DNA of 64,000 nt. Origin: Thermodesulfobacteriota bacterium (GTDB lineage: Bacteria > Desulfobacterota_D > UBA1144 > Nemesobacterales > Mycalebacteriaceae). Position 1 is the stretch's first letter. Each line of letters opens with the position of its first letter. The notes below the pieces were generated by a model that saw only the letters and a list, made by a program, of their open reading frames with translations, had not been told where the DNA came from and searched no databases. The translations under genes and the position numbers were made by a program. The stretch covers positions 1,024,001 through 1,088,000 of the forward strand of contig OZ242184.1 of the NCBI GenBank assembly GCA_965205855.1. Direction: 5' to 3'. Positions 21,732-31,379 of the stretch are shown here, piece after piece.

Positions 21732-22184
21732 TTATACAATTTTTTCGCTGTCAAGCATTATAGTTACGGGACCGGAGTTCACAATATGCACTTCCATATC
21801 AGCCCCGAAACACCCTTGAAACACTTTCAGCCCTTTGTGCGCAAGAGATGAAACAAACATATTGTACAGACCTTCCGCCCTCTCAAAACTCTCCGCCCTG
21901 TCAAAAGACAGCCTGCCACCCGCGCCGCAATCCGCATAAAGAGTGAACTGGGAAACCACAAGAGCATCACCGCCGGATTGAGATATGTTCCGAGTCATCT
22001 TCCCGCCGGGATCATCCGAAAAAATCCGCAGAGAAGCAACTTTGCCCGAGAGGCGCTCAACATCATCCTCTCTGTCACCTTTTTTGACTCCGACAAATAC
22101 AACAAAGCCCGCACCCGTTCGGGCGACTGTCTTGGAACCAATGTCAAGACGTGAGTTCTCCACTCTCTGAACCACGGCTCTCAT
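21732..22184 (-). CDS. dtd: D-aminoacyl-tRNA deacylase
   Basis: MRAVVQRV start, SQFTL and NSGPVT motifs. Confidence 0.94.
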   Translation of the reverse strand: MRAVVQRVENSRLDIGSKTVARTGAGFVVFVGVKKGDREDDVERLSGKVASLRIFSDDPGGKMTRNISQSGGDALVVSQFTLYADCGAGGRLSFDRAESFERAEGLYNMFVSSLAHKGLKVFQGCFGADMEVHIVNSGPVTIMLDSEKIV

Positions 22185-22200
22185 AAAACAAAATCCGCAA

Positions 22201-22857
22201 TCAGTAGAAAGTTCCCGCCACTCCAAGAACTGTGGCAATAAAACTTACCGGAGCAAGGTCTTCAATTGTGTCCAGACTTGTGTTGGCTTTTAAAATTGTG
22301 TCTTTCGCGGCAATATAGAGATCTTCTTCGTTAACAAGTTTTCCAATCGTGCCGTCTCCTTCATCCACTTTGGTAAGTATGGAATTGAGCCTCGCTGCAA
22401 CCTGTGAAGCCTCGCTCATAAACTCCCCAGCGTCCTCGATAATTTTGTCAAAATCGCGCGGGTTTTTGCCATGCAGGGAAACACCTGGCCCCAGAGGTAG
22501 CCCACTCAGATCGCCAAGAGAAAGATTGATATAACTTGTTCCGAGAAGACTGCCAAGTCTTATGGATGCGACCGTATTTTCATTCAGGGGAATGTTTTTC
22601 CGCAGCCTGACTCTCACATCTATTTTGTCACCGCTTTCGGAAAAACCGATGCTTTTCACATTCCCGACCCTGACGCCTTCCATTTTTACAAAAGAGCCCT
22701 CTTCAAGCCCGGCGACCGAGTCAAAGTAGATACTTAAATCTCTGTAACCCGAAGTAAAAGGCATAAAGCCCGTGAGCTCAAGCGCGAAGAGAAGAGCCAG
22801 AATTCCCGCGAGAAAAAAGCCCCCTACTTTCAAATCATTTTTCCGTCTGTTCTTCAA
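22201..22857 (-). CDS. mlaD: MlaD/MCE family protein
   Basis: N-terminal TM, MCE motif FDSVAGLEEGSFVKMEGVRVGNV...SLLGTSYINL, helical tail with GDGTIGKLVN. Confidence 0.88.
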   Translation of the reverse strand: MKNRRKNDLKVGGFFLAGILALLFALELTGFMPFTSGYRDLSIYFDSVAGLEEGSFVKMEGVRVGNVKSIGFSESGDKIDVRVRLRKNIPLNENTVASIRLGSLLGTSYINLSLGDLSGLPLGPGVSLHGKNPRDFDKIIEDAGEFMSEASQVAARLNSILTKVDEGDGTIGKLVNEEDLYIAAKDTILKANTSLDTIEDLAPVSFIATVLGVAGTFY

Positions 22858-23642
22858 TCTGCTTCTTTCAGCTCCTTTTCAGACTTGCCTTCATGCGATA
22901 AAAGCTTCCGCACAACGGGATTGTCACTGGCGGATATCTCTTTGGGTATCCCTGTTTGAATTATGTTCCCATCGTTCATTATAGATAACCGGTCGGCAAG
23001 TGAAAAAGCAAGCCGTATATCGTGAGTTACAACTATCTGGGTTATTCCAACCTCGCGCTTGATTACGAGTATCAGTTCCTCTATGGATTTTTTTGTTACC
23101 GGGTCAAGTCCGGTCGTGGGCTCGTCAAACAAAAGCAGGTCGGGGTTTGTCAGAAGGGCACGGGCAATGGCAACACGCCTGCGCATTCCGCCGCTGAGTT
23201 CGGAAGGCATGGCATATTCCCTGCCACGGAGACCGACAAGCGAGAGAGCGGAAGACGATAGCTCTCGTATTCTGTTTTCGTTGCGGATAATCCCGTGCTC
23301 TCTGATAAAAAGTTCGGAATTTTCAGTAACATCCATTGAATTGAAGAGAGCTGAAGACTGAAAAACAAGCGAAACAGTCGCATCGCTTTCGTCAAGCGGA
23401 GTGGAGTCAATCAACAACTTGCCTTCATCCGGAATGTCGAGACCCGCTATCTGTCTTAAAAGAGTTGTTTTACCCGAACCGCTTCCGCCTATAAGGACAA
23501 TCATCTCACCGGGAATCACTTTGAGATTCACTCCTTTGAGAACTTCATTTTTGCCAAACCATTTGTGCATGGAGCACACTTCAAGCGAGGTGGGCTCTCC
23601 GCTCAGATAAGACAGAAGGGTATCAAGATCTTTTTGGTTCAT
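22854..23642 (-). CDS. mlaF: MlaF-type ABC ATPase
   Basis: GGSGSGKT, FQSSALFNSM, PSELSGGMRRRVAIARAL, FDEPTTGLDP; between mlaE and mlaD. Confidence 0.9.
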   Translation of the reverse strand: MNQKDLDTLLSYLSGEPTSLEVCSMHKWFGKNEVLKGVNLKVIPGEMIVLIGGSGSGKTTLLRQIAGLDIPDEGKLLIDSTPLDESDATVSLVFQSSALFNSMDVTENSELFIREHGIIRNENRIRELSSSALSLVGLRGREYAMPSELSGGMRRRVAIARALLTNPDLLLFDEPTTGLDPVTKKSIEELILVIKREVGITQIVVTHDIRLAFSLADRLSIMNDGNIIQTGIPKEISASDNPVVRKLLSHEGKSEKELKEAD

Positions 23643-23656
23643 TTTTGTTTTACTTC

Positions 23657-24430
23657 CTAAACTATTCCAACAAGGAAAAGAACCTTCGATACAAAATAAT
23701 CGCAGACAAGTATCATAACAATTGACGAAACAACCGCGCTGGTAACCGAAATTCCTATCTGTCTTGGGCCTCCAACGGTTTCAAGCCCCACTTTGCAGCA
23801 AATCATAAGAATAACAAGACCGAAAATAAGTGCCTTGATAACCCCGTTCAGAACCGTTTTCAAGGTTACAAAGTCTCCGAGGTTGTTGAAATAGACGACG
23901 GCCGAAAGCGAAATAGCCTGATTGGTCGCCGCGACAAGTGCGCCACCGAGCCAACCCATAACAACAATCAAAATCACAAGCACGGGCATTGAAACCGAGA
24001 AAGCAACAAGCCTAGGCATAACAAGAAATCTTACTGGGCTTATATTCATAGTTTTGAGAGCGTCTATTTCATCGTAAACACTCATGGACGCTATTTCCGC
24101 CGTTATTGCAGAGCCAAGGCGCCCCGCAACAAGAATGGAACACATGACCGGTCCAATCTCCCTTGCAACAGCAATTCCTATAAGACCTCCAAGGGTCTCT
24201 TGAATTCCAAAATCCGCAAGAAGCGGCCCGGTTTGAAGGGCGAGAACAGCTCCGCCTGAAAGCCCTATGAGCGAGGCAACAAGAAGCGTATCCGCGCCGA
24301 TTACCGATATCTGATAAAATACTTTGTCCGAGTTCGCCCTTATGTCCTTGCACCAGTAAAGAGACATAACGAAAAGCCACAGCGCGCCTCCGCAGAAGGT
24401 CGCGAAACGTTTTATAATTCCATCATTCAT
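23657..24430 (-). CDS. mlaE: MlaE-type ABC permease
   Basis: REIGPV, AGRLGSAITAEIASM...EIDALKTM...LVMPR; start reset to MNDGII overlapping the upstream stop. Confidence 0.9.
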   Translation of the reverse strand: MNDGIIKRFATFCGGALWLFVMSLYWCKDIRANSDKVFYQISVIGADTLLVASLIGLSGGAVLALQTGPLLADFGIQETLGGLIGIAVAREIGPVMCSILVAGRLGSAITAEIASMSVYDEIDALKTMNISPVRFLVMPRLVAFSVSMPVLVILIVVMGWLGGALVAATNQAISLSAVVYFNNLGDFVTLKTVLNGVIKALIFGLVILMICCKVGLETVGGPRQIGISVTSAVVSSIVMILVCDYFVSKVLFLVGIV

Positions 24431-25827
24431 CCGCCACAAGCCCCCGGTTTGTTTGAAGGGTTTCCAATTCCAATGGGCAGAAATAAAAACCTGATTTTGC
24501 GGCCGCTTGAATCCGAGTTGTAACCGAGAATTCTTCCAAGAATATTGAAAGAATTTTCCGCGCATGATTTTTTTAAATTAAAGACTCCAAACAAAACCGA
24601 CACGGAAGTTCCGACCCCCTTTTTTCTGCGGACTTCAAGCACCTTCCATAAAAATGAGTAATTTCTGTAAAGTTTTGTGCTTGAACCTACAAACGGCTCC
24701 AGAGGAGCAAACATTTGCAAATAACTGATTCCTCTCTCATCCCGTTTATACGAAAATAACGGCCACAAGTCAATATGAAGCGAGGAAGGCTTGTTATCGG
24801 CAAAAGGCTCTTCACGCCGTATTTTAAATATCAAAAGAACCTTCTCCTTGCTGTATTCATATTTGCTGAACCTGACTTTGGTTGATGTGTACAGAGGCCA
24901 GAGAAAAAATCTTGTTTTCTTCAATCCCTTTGTTTCCGATTTTTCAAAAAAAGGGAAAAATCTCATTCTTGTTTCCAAGTCGCTCTTTTTGAAATTGACA
25001 AACGGCCATGGCAAATGAAGGGATTTCAGATTCCGGGCAGGGTCTGTGCTTTTCTGGAAAAAGGGCCACAAATAGATTTTGTGAGATTCGGTTTGGTAAC
25101 CAAATGTGTAGTAGAACGGAAAAATTGCCTTGTAATAATTGTGGAACTCTTCACGCCTCTGTTTTTTTTCAAAATAAAACGGCCAAAGAAAAAACCGTGC
25201 CCGAAAGTCTTTTTCTTCTTCAAACCACCCGAAAAACGGCCAGAATCGGAAACCCTTTCGCTTTCCGGAATGGAACCTGAACACGGGCCAGAGTATGTTA
25301 TGGGAAACACTTTCCTCGGAACGGGTCTGGAGATAAAGCGGAAACAAAACAAACTTTATCCTACCGCCGAAATTTCCGTAAAAAGGAGCAAATGCAACCT
25401 GTTTTCTTTCTGGTTTTTTCGAACTGCGGAAAAAAATAAAAGGATAAAGTCTGAAACTTTCCTCCGACAGCGAGGGTGTCTGAAAATTCTTTCCAAAAGA
25501 TATCAGGTTAAATATAAATCCCGCCTGATAGCCGAGGGGGTTACTCCTGTATTGAAAAAAAGGATAAACAATTTCCATTTCAAGTTTTTCAAACATGATG
25601 TCTCTTTTAATGGAGAAAAAAGGTCTAAAACCAAACTCAGGGTTGTTTTTGTCTTTCACTTTGAGAAAAGGACCGAGGGTATGCGCCGAAATAAAAGTCT
25701 CCTGCGGATTAAAACCGAACGGGTCGGGAGCGAGAACGAATGACTCTGCGGAGCGCGCAAAAAATATCCCCGCAAAAAAAACCGGTATCAGAATAAAAAC
25801 CGGAAACAATTTTGCCCGACAACTCAA
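24427..25827 (-). CDS. Exported hypothetical protein with aromatic-Pro (xWPF-like) repeats
   Basis: Signal-peptide-like N-terminus; about 15 copies of x-P-[FLV] such as LWPF, FWPF, LYPF, IFPF spaced roughly 16-21 aa; overlaps alr stop and mlaE start. Confidence 0.75.
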   Translation of the reverse strand: MSCRAKLFPVFILIPVFFAGIFFARSAESFVLAPDPFGFNPQETFISAHTLGPFLKVKDKNNPEFGFRPFFSIKRDIMFEKLEMEIVYPFFQYRSNPLGYQAGFIFNLISFGKNFQTPSLSEESFRLYPFIFFRSSKKPERKQVAFAPFYGNFGGRIKFVLFPLYLQTRSEESVSHNILWPVFRFHSGKRKGFRFWPFFGWFEEEKDFRARFFLWPFYFEKKQRREEFHNYYKAIFPFYYTFGYQTESHKIYLWPFFQKSTDPARNLKSLHLPWPFVNFKKSDLETRMRFFPFFEKSETKGLKKTRFFLWPLYTSTKVRFSKYEYSKEKVLLIFKIRREEPFADNKPSSLHIDLWPLFSYKRDERGISYLQMFAPLEPFVGSSTKLYRNYSFLWKVLEVRRKKGVGTSVSVLFGVFNLKKSCAENSFNILGRILGYNSDSSGRKIRFLFLPIGIGNPSNKPGACGG

Positions 25828-26945
25828 TTTTTTCCTCTTCCCGGTTCCGAAAACAGCCCGTATGTCTTCTTGAGAGTTGCTCTTCCCACCGATGTAACAA
25901 CCTCATAGGGTATGGTTCCCGACCACCGCGCCACGTCCTCAACCGTAACAACTTCGTCTCCGAACAAAACGACTTCGTCTCCGATACGGACACCTTCGAT
26001 ATCCGTAACATCCACGGTTGTAAAATCCATGCAGATTTCTCCAACAACCGGAGCGGGAATGCCTTTGATGGAAACACTTGCGCGGTTGGAAAGACTTCTG
26101 AAGTATCCGTCCTTGTATCCGACCGGAATAGTTGCCAGAAGCGAGCATTTTTTTGTAGTAAAAGTGCCTCTGTAACCAACCGTTCTGCCTTTTTCTATCT
26201 CCCTGATCCTAACAATTCCGGTTTTAACTCTCATAACCGATGTCAGTCCGGTTTTTTCAAAAGACGACCCGTAAAGCATAATTCCGGGACGCACCATATT
26301 GCCGAATGATTCGGGAAACCTCTGAATCGCCGCGCTGTTTGCCATGTGTTTGAAGCGAGGAGAAAAACCGGCGTTTTCAAGGTCGTAAACAAATGAGTTA
26401 AAGACAGATATCTGCTCAACCGTCGGCTCCGGCCGGGGAGCGGATGAATGGGCAAAATGCGTAAAAACACCTTCAATCCGCAACCCGTCCAGACCAAGAG
26501 ATTTTTCCACAAGCGCCAGAGCTTCTTTCTTTGTGACACCGAGCCTTGTCATACCCGTGTCTATTTTCAAGTGGCAATCTACGCGTTTGTCGCAATTTGC
26601 CGCCGCTTTGGAAAGCGAAACAAGGCAGTTTTCTGTGAAAACGGAAGGGGTAAGTCCGGCCTTTACGCAATCAACAACCCTGCAATCAGACATGACTCCC
26701 ATTACAAGCACGGGAGCGGTAATTCCCGACTCCCTCAGCTCAAGCCCCTCCTCAACTGACGATACTCCGAGCATTTTAACAAATGGCAAATTGGCAAGGT
26801 TCTGGGAAATTTCAACCGCGCCGTGTCCGTATGCGTCAGCTTTGACAACCGCTATGACACCGACTTCGCTTCCAACCGTCCGCGCAGATAGTTCCGCATT
26901 GTTTTTTAATGCGTTGAAGTCTATTTCGGCCCATACACGGTTCAT
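25824..26945 (-). CDS. alr: Alanine racemase
   Basis: AVVKADAYGHG (PLP Lys), HLKIDTGMTRLG, MVRPGIMLYG, ICMD, TIPYE; start reset to MNRVWAEID. Confidence 0.96.
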   Translation of the reverse strand: MNRVWAEIDFNALKNNAELSARTVGSEVGVIAVVKADAYGHGAVEISQNLANLPFVKMLGVSSVEEGLELRESGITAPVLVMGVMSDCRVVDCVKAGLTPSVFTENCLVSLSKAAANCDKRVDCHLKIDTGMTRLGVTKKEALALVEKSLGLDGLRIEGVFTHFAHSSAPRPEPTVEQISVFNSFVYDLENAGFSPRFKHMANSAAIQRFPESFGNMVRPGIMLYGSSFEKTGLTSVMRVKTGIVRIREIEKGRTVGYRGTFTTKKCSLLATIPVGYKDGYFRSLSNRASVSIKGIPAPVVGEICMDFTTVDVTDIEGVRIGDEVVLFGDEVVTVEDVARWSGTIPYEVVTSVGRATLKKTYGLFSEPGRGKN

Positions 26946-27033
26946 CAAACAAGAAGATTCCAAGGAAATGAAAACCTTCCGGTTATGATAAGATACCACC
27001 GCAAGTAAAGCAACCGGACACCCTTTTACAAAA

Positions 27034-28200
27034 ATGAACTCAATTGAGAAAAGATCTACGATAATTATAGGAACAATTCTTGCCACAAGGTTGCTGGGAA
27101 TTTTTCTCATACTTCCCGTATTCAGTTCGTATGTGTTGCTGTATCCGGGTTCTTCCCATCTGCTCACGGGTCTGGCTTTCGGCATATACGCGCTTGTGCA
27201 AGCGGCTCTGCAAATTCCATTCGGGTGGGCAAGCGACCGCTTTGGAAGGAAACACGTAATTATTGCGGGTTTTGTATTGTTCTGCGCCGGCAGCATAGCG
27301 TGCGGACTTGCCGACAATGTGTGGCAACTCATCGCGGCAAGAAGCCTTCAGGGAAGCGGTGCCGTCGGCTCCGTTGCAATCGCCGCGCTCGGAGATTCCA
27401 CAAGGCCGGAAGTACGCGGACAATCTTTTGCCATAACGGGGATAATCATAGGAGGGACTTTCATGCTCTCGCTCGCGGTCGGACCGATTATGGCATCATG
27501 GCTGGGATTGAAAGCCGTGTTCTACATTCTCGCCGCGCTCGGAGTACTGGCAATTGCGATAACGGTTGTGCTGTTCCCAAAAGATAAAACCGTCCGTCCG
27601 CGGAATTTGAGGGTGAAAACCTTATCTTTTCTGAGCAGGGGTAACATAAAGAAAATACTCGTAAGTTCTTTCATACTGTCTTCCATACTAAACATCTTTC
27701 TCTTCGTATATCCACTCAGCTGGGAAAGCGCGACCGGCAGAGGAATTGAGCAAATATGGAAGGTGTATCTGATAGTTCTTCTTCCCGCAGCCGTTTTCGC
27801 CTATCCTTTCCTGAAGATTATGGAGAGACGGAAGAAAATGAACACTCCTCCTCTGGTGGCTCTGGCATTTCTCACGGCGGGAACCGGAATCGCCTTGATA
27901 AGCGGCGAAAAAACGGGGCTTATTCTTGCTGGCGCGGCGTTTTTCATGGGCCACTCCATATTTCAGCCGCTTCTTCCCTCTTTCCTTACCCAGATAGTAT
28001 CCGGCGACTCAAGAGGGAATATGGTGGGATTTCTTAGTCTTGCGAGTTTTCTGGGGGCGTTTGCCGGCTCCATACTCGCTGGCCTGGCATACGCAGCGGG
28101 AACCGGCGCGCCATTGGCGGTCTGTTTCCTTTTTCTCACCGTCCTTGCGATTACGGGAATCCCCGAACCTCCCGGAACAGAACAAACGGACGGCAAATGA
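27034..28200 (+). CDS. MFS transporter (YajR-like)
   Basis: About 12 hydrophobic helices, motif A QIPFGWASDRFGRK, ARSLQGSGAV. Confidence 0.88.
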   Translation: MNSIEKRSTIIIGTILATRLLGIFLILPVFSSYVLLYPGSSHLLTGLAFGIYALVQAALQIPFGWASDRFGRKHVIIAGFVLFCAGSIACGLADNVWQLIAARSLQGSGAVGSVAIAALGDSTRPEVRGQSFAITGIIIGGTFMLSLAVGPIMASWLGLKAVFYILAALGVLAIAITVVLFPKDKTVRPRNLRVKTLSFLSRGNIKKILVSSFILSSILNIFLFVYPLSWESATGRGIEQIWKVYLIVLLPAAVFAYPFLKIMERRKKMNTPPLVALAFLTAGTGIALISGEKTGLILAGAAFFMGHSIFQPLLPSFLTQIVSGDSRGNMVGFLSLASFLGAFAGSILAGLAYAAGTGAPLAVCFLFLTVLAITGIPEPPGTEQTDGK

Positions 28201-28210
28201 AGGGGGGAAA

Positions 28211-29098
28211 ATGAATTTTGCCAAACTTTACGAAAACGGCGTAAAACCGGTCATATCTTTTGAGGTATTTCCCCACAGAACTCCGGAGGGAAAGGAGAAA
28301 TTGATACGCACTCTTGATGAGCTTGCCGAACTGTCTCCCGAATTCATCTCCGTTACCTACGGAGCTATGGGAACGACAAGGGAAAACGGCTTTGAGATAG
28401 CATCATATATAAAAAACAGTCTTGAAATTGAGACCGCGAGCCATCTTACCTGCGTGGGATCTTCGGCGGCGGATATGGACAGAATTCTGACCACCCTCAA
28501 AGAGAACAATATAGAGAACATCGTAGCCCTCAGAGGAGACCCGCCTGAAAACCAGAAACATTTTACGGTTGCCGAGGGAGGGTATTCTCATGCCAACGAG
28601 CTTGTGAGCCATATAAGGAATTTTGAAAAGAAAAACCCCGGCGGGAACCGGTTTGGGATTGCAGTGGCGGGATATCCGGAAAAACATATTGAGGCGTCGT
28701 CAATGCGGGAGGACATAGAGAATCTTGGCAAAAAAACACGTGCCGGAGCGGACTTGATAATCACTCAGCTGTTCTATGACAACTTTTTCTACTTTGACTA
28801 CACAGAAAAGGTCAAAGAGTCCGGAATTCAGGCACCCATAGTACCGGGGTTGATGCCGATTCTTTCGACAAAACAGGTTCTGAAAATAACCTCAATGTGC
28901 GGAAGCACAATACCGCGAACCGTTATGAAACGCCTTGAAAAATGCGACCGCAATAACAAAGATGCCGGGCTGGTAGGAATGGAAGTCTGCGCGAAACAGG
29001 TGGAAGACCTGCTTGACAAGGGAGTGCCGGGAATCCATTTTTATGTGCTCAACAGAGCGACTCACATAAAATCCGTATTAAAGCAAGTGGGATTGTAA
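28211..29098 (+). CDS. metF: 5,10-methylenetetrahydrofolate reductase
   Basis: SFEVFP, SVTYGA, HLTCV, ALRGDPP, AGYPEKH, ITQLFYDN, HFYVLNR; start reset to MNFAK. Confidence 0.95.
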   Translation: MNFAKLYENGVKPVISFEVFPHRTPEGKEKLIRTLDELAELSPEFISVTYGAMGTTRENGFEIASYIKNSLEIETASHLTCVGSSAADMDRILTTLKENNIENIVALRGDPPENQKHFTVAEGGYSHANELVSHIRNFEKKNPGGNRFGIAVAGYPEKHIEASSMREDIENLGKKTRAGADLIITQLFYDNFFYFDYTEKVKESGIQAPIVPGLMPILSTKQVLKITSMCGSTIPRTVMKRLEKCDRNNKDAGLVGMEVCAKQVEDLLDKGVPGIHFYVLNRATHIKSVLKQVGL

Positions 29099-29105
29099 TT
29101 TCTTT

Positions 29106-29810
29106 ATGATGCCGAATCCGAATTATGATTTGGTGGCGCACAGATATAATCTGTTGTCTTCTCTTATCAGTATCGGCCTTGACTCACGGTTACGCAACAC
29201 GATGGCGGGCGAGGTTAGCGGAAAAACCGTAATTGATATTGGAACGGGAACCGGAAAATCGGCTTTGGCTATATGCCACAGAAACTGTGTGGAAAAGGTT
29301 GTCGGGGTGGACCCAAGTGAGAAGATGCTTGAAGTTGCGGAAGCGGACAGAGAACGCAGGGAACAAGCGGAAAAAGTTGTTTTTTCAAGAGCGACCGGAG
29401 AAAACCTGCCTTTTCACGAAGGATATTTTGATTGCGCAACGACCGCATTTGCAATAAAACACAGTGAAAAACCGCAAATATTTCTCCGTGAAATCCTCCG
29501 CGTTCTCAAACCGGGCGGAAAAATTATTTTAATGGAAGCGGCAATACCGGAGACGGCATTTACAAAAGTCCTGTTTACTTTTCATATCAAAACTCTCGTA
29601 CCTTTGATTGCCTCCTTTTTCGGACTTGGCGGGCAGTACAAAACCTTTCATCAATCAACTCAGAGATTTTGTTTGCGCGGAGATTTGCGGGAGATGATGA
29701 AGTCGGCGGGATTTCAAAATGTTTGCAGAAAATCTTTTCTCTTCGGCTCCGCCGTTCTCTGCACGGGAGATAAACCTGCGCGACGATTCAGGGAGCAATT
29801 CTCTCAATAG
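29106..29810 (+). CDS. UbiE/MenG-family SAM-dependent methyltransferase
   Basis: DIGTGTG, GVDPSEKML, ENLPF...FD, EILRVLKPGG. Confidence 0.8.
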   Translation: MMPNPNYDLVAHRYNLLSSLISIGLDSRLRNTMAGEVSGKTVIDIGTGTGKSALAICHRNCVEKVVGVDPSEKMLEVAEADRERREQAEKVVFSRATGENLPFHEGYFDCATTAFAIKHSEKPQIFLREILRVLKPGGKIILMEAAIPETAFTKVLFTFHIKTLVPLIASFFGLGGQYKTFHQSTQRFCLRGDLREMMKSAGFQNVCRKSFLFGSAVLCTGDKPARRFREQFSQ

Positions 29811-30396
29811 TCCAACCGCCGGAGGTTTCATCCGTTGTATACGCAATCCGGTCGTGCATACGGTTTGCCCTTCCCTGCCAGAACTCAAACCTACCGGGAG
29901 CAAGTCTGTATCCTTTCCAAAACGCAGGTCTCGGAATTGAGGTTGTATTGCGAAATTCCGCTTCGTATCGAGTAAACCTTTCATCAAGTTCTTTTCTTCC
30001 GGAGACAACTTTCCCCTGAGGCGAAGCCCACGCTCCTATCTGACTCTCGCGGGGTCTTTGCGCGAAGTATTTATCTGCTTCCTTATCATCAATGGTCTCA
30101 ATTGCGCCCTCAATTCTCACCTGCCTCTCAAGAATGTTCCAGAAAAAACAGATTGAAGCACGAGGGTTGGATTGCATCTCCCTTGCTTTTCTACTGAGAG
30201 AATTAGTGTAGAAAACAAAACCGCACTCACCGTAAGACTTCAGAAGCAAAACCCTTGAAGAAGGCACCCCGCCGGCGGTGGCGGTGGAAAGCGTGAATGC
30301 GTTTGGCAGGTCAATTCCGTACTCTCTCGCTTCTGTGTGCCAGGCATCAAACTGCTTGAAAGGATCGAACGCAACAACCAGTTCATCAAGAGTCAT
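29788..30396 (-). CDS. pdxH: Pyridoxamine 5'-phosphate oxidase
   Basis: RVLLLK, FYTNSLSRK, RQVRIEG, SQIGAWASPQ, EFWQGRANRMHDR; start reset to MTLDE. Confidence 0.95.
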   Translation of the reverse strand: MTLDELVVAFDPFKQFDAWHTEAREYGIDLPNAFTLSTATAGGVPSSRVLLLKSYGECGFVFYTNSLSRKAREMQSNPRASICFFWNILERQVRIEGAIETIDDKEADKYFAQRPRESQIGAWASPQGKVVSGRKELDERFTRYEAEFRNTTSIPRPAFWKGYRLAPGRFEFWQGRANRMHDRIAYTTDETSGGWTIERIAP

Positions 30397-30412
30397 GAGC
30401 AAATACTGTCTG

Positions 30413-31333
30413 TCAGGCTTTTCCACGGTTTCGCCCTCCAAATTCGGTATATAAAAAATCCTCAAGTTTTTCATAGCTGAAACTGAATCCGGCTTTGAGA
30501 AGCCTGCCGGGAAAAACTCTCGCGCTACTCATAATGACTTCCTCTCCCATTTGACCGCAAACAAATTTCACGGCGGACTTTTTCAGGGGGAGAAAAGCGG
30601 GACGTTTTACAACCCGCGCGAGTGTGCTTGAAAAATCGCCGCTACGAACGGGAACAGGCGCCACTATGTTTACGGGGCCCGAAACCGTTTTTTCCGTCAG
30701 AATAAACTCCACGGCTCTCATGGCATCATATAATGATATCCAGCTTATATAATCGCTTCCGTCTCCGATTGTCCCTCCAAGCCCTAATTTGAAAGGAATT
30801 TTTATCATACCAAGCGCACCGCCATTTTTCTCAAGAACCATGCCGAACCTGAGGCTTGCAACCCTTGTCCTGTCAGAGGAAGCCGCATTTGCCGCTTTTT
30901 CCCAACGCACGGCCACTTGCGCGAGAAACCCTTCACCAGGCCCGCTTTCCTCTTTGAGAATTTCATCCCCCCTGTGCCCGTAAAAGCCGACTGCTGAAGC
31001 GCATAAAAAAACCTTCGGCGGGCGGTCAAGATTTGAAAAGACAGAGGCCAAAAACTCCGTGCTTGCAACCCTACTTTGTTCAATGGCTTTTTTCGCAGAA
31101 GAAGTCCATCTGCGCATTACGCCGTGTCCGGCGAGATGTATAACCGCATCCATTTGTTCAAAATCCCGCGGATTGTAAACGCCTGAATCCGCATCATAGA
31201 AAACCAACCCGTCCGCCGCGGGTTTTCTCTTCGCGCTCCTCACAAGACGCGACACTTCATGGCTCCCCGCTTCAAGGTAAGACACAAGACTTGAACCGAT
31301 AAAACCGCTTGAGCCAGATACAAGAATCTTCAT
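30413..31333 (-). CDS. TIGR01777-type NAD-dependent epimerase/oxidoreductase
   Basis: MKILVSGSSGFIG, IHLAG...RW, ASAVGFYG, LRFGMVL, GLGGTIGDG...SWI. Confidence 0.88.
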   Translation of the reverse strand: MKILVSGSSGFIGSSLVSYLEAGSHEVSRLVRSAKRKPAADGLVFYDADSGVYNPRDFEQMDAVIHLAGHGVMRRWTSSAKKAIEQSRVASTEFLASVFSNLDRPPKVFLCASAVGFYGHRGDEILKEESGPGEGFLAQVAVRWEKAANAASSDRTRVASLRFGMVLEKNGGALGMIKIPFKLGLGGTIGDGSDYISWISLYDAMRAVEFILTEKTVSGPVNIVAPVPVRSGDFSSTLARVVKRPAFLPLKKSAVKFVCGQMGEEVIMSSARVFPGRLLKAGFSFSYEKLEDFLYTEFGGRNRGKA

Positions 31334-31379
31334 AACTCTGTTAATAATCTGTAATAAAAAGGAAAAAAAACAACCCGCA

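Noticed and set aside
26946-27332. 129-aa N-terminal extension of alr in the track
   Set aside because: It overlaps the divergent MFS gene; Alr similarity begins at MNRVWAEID
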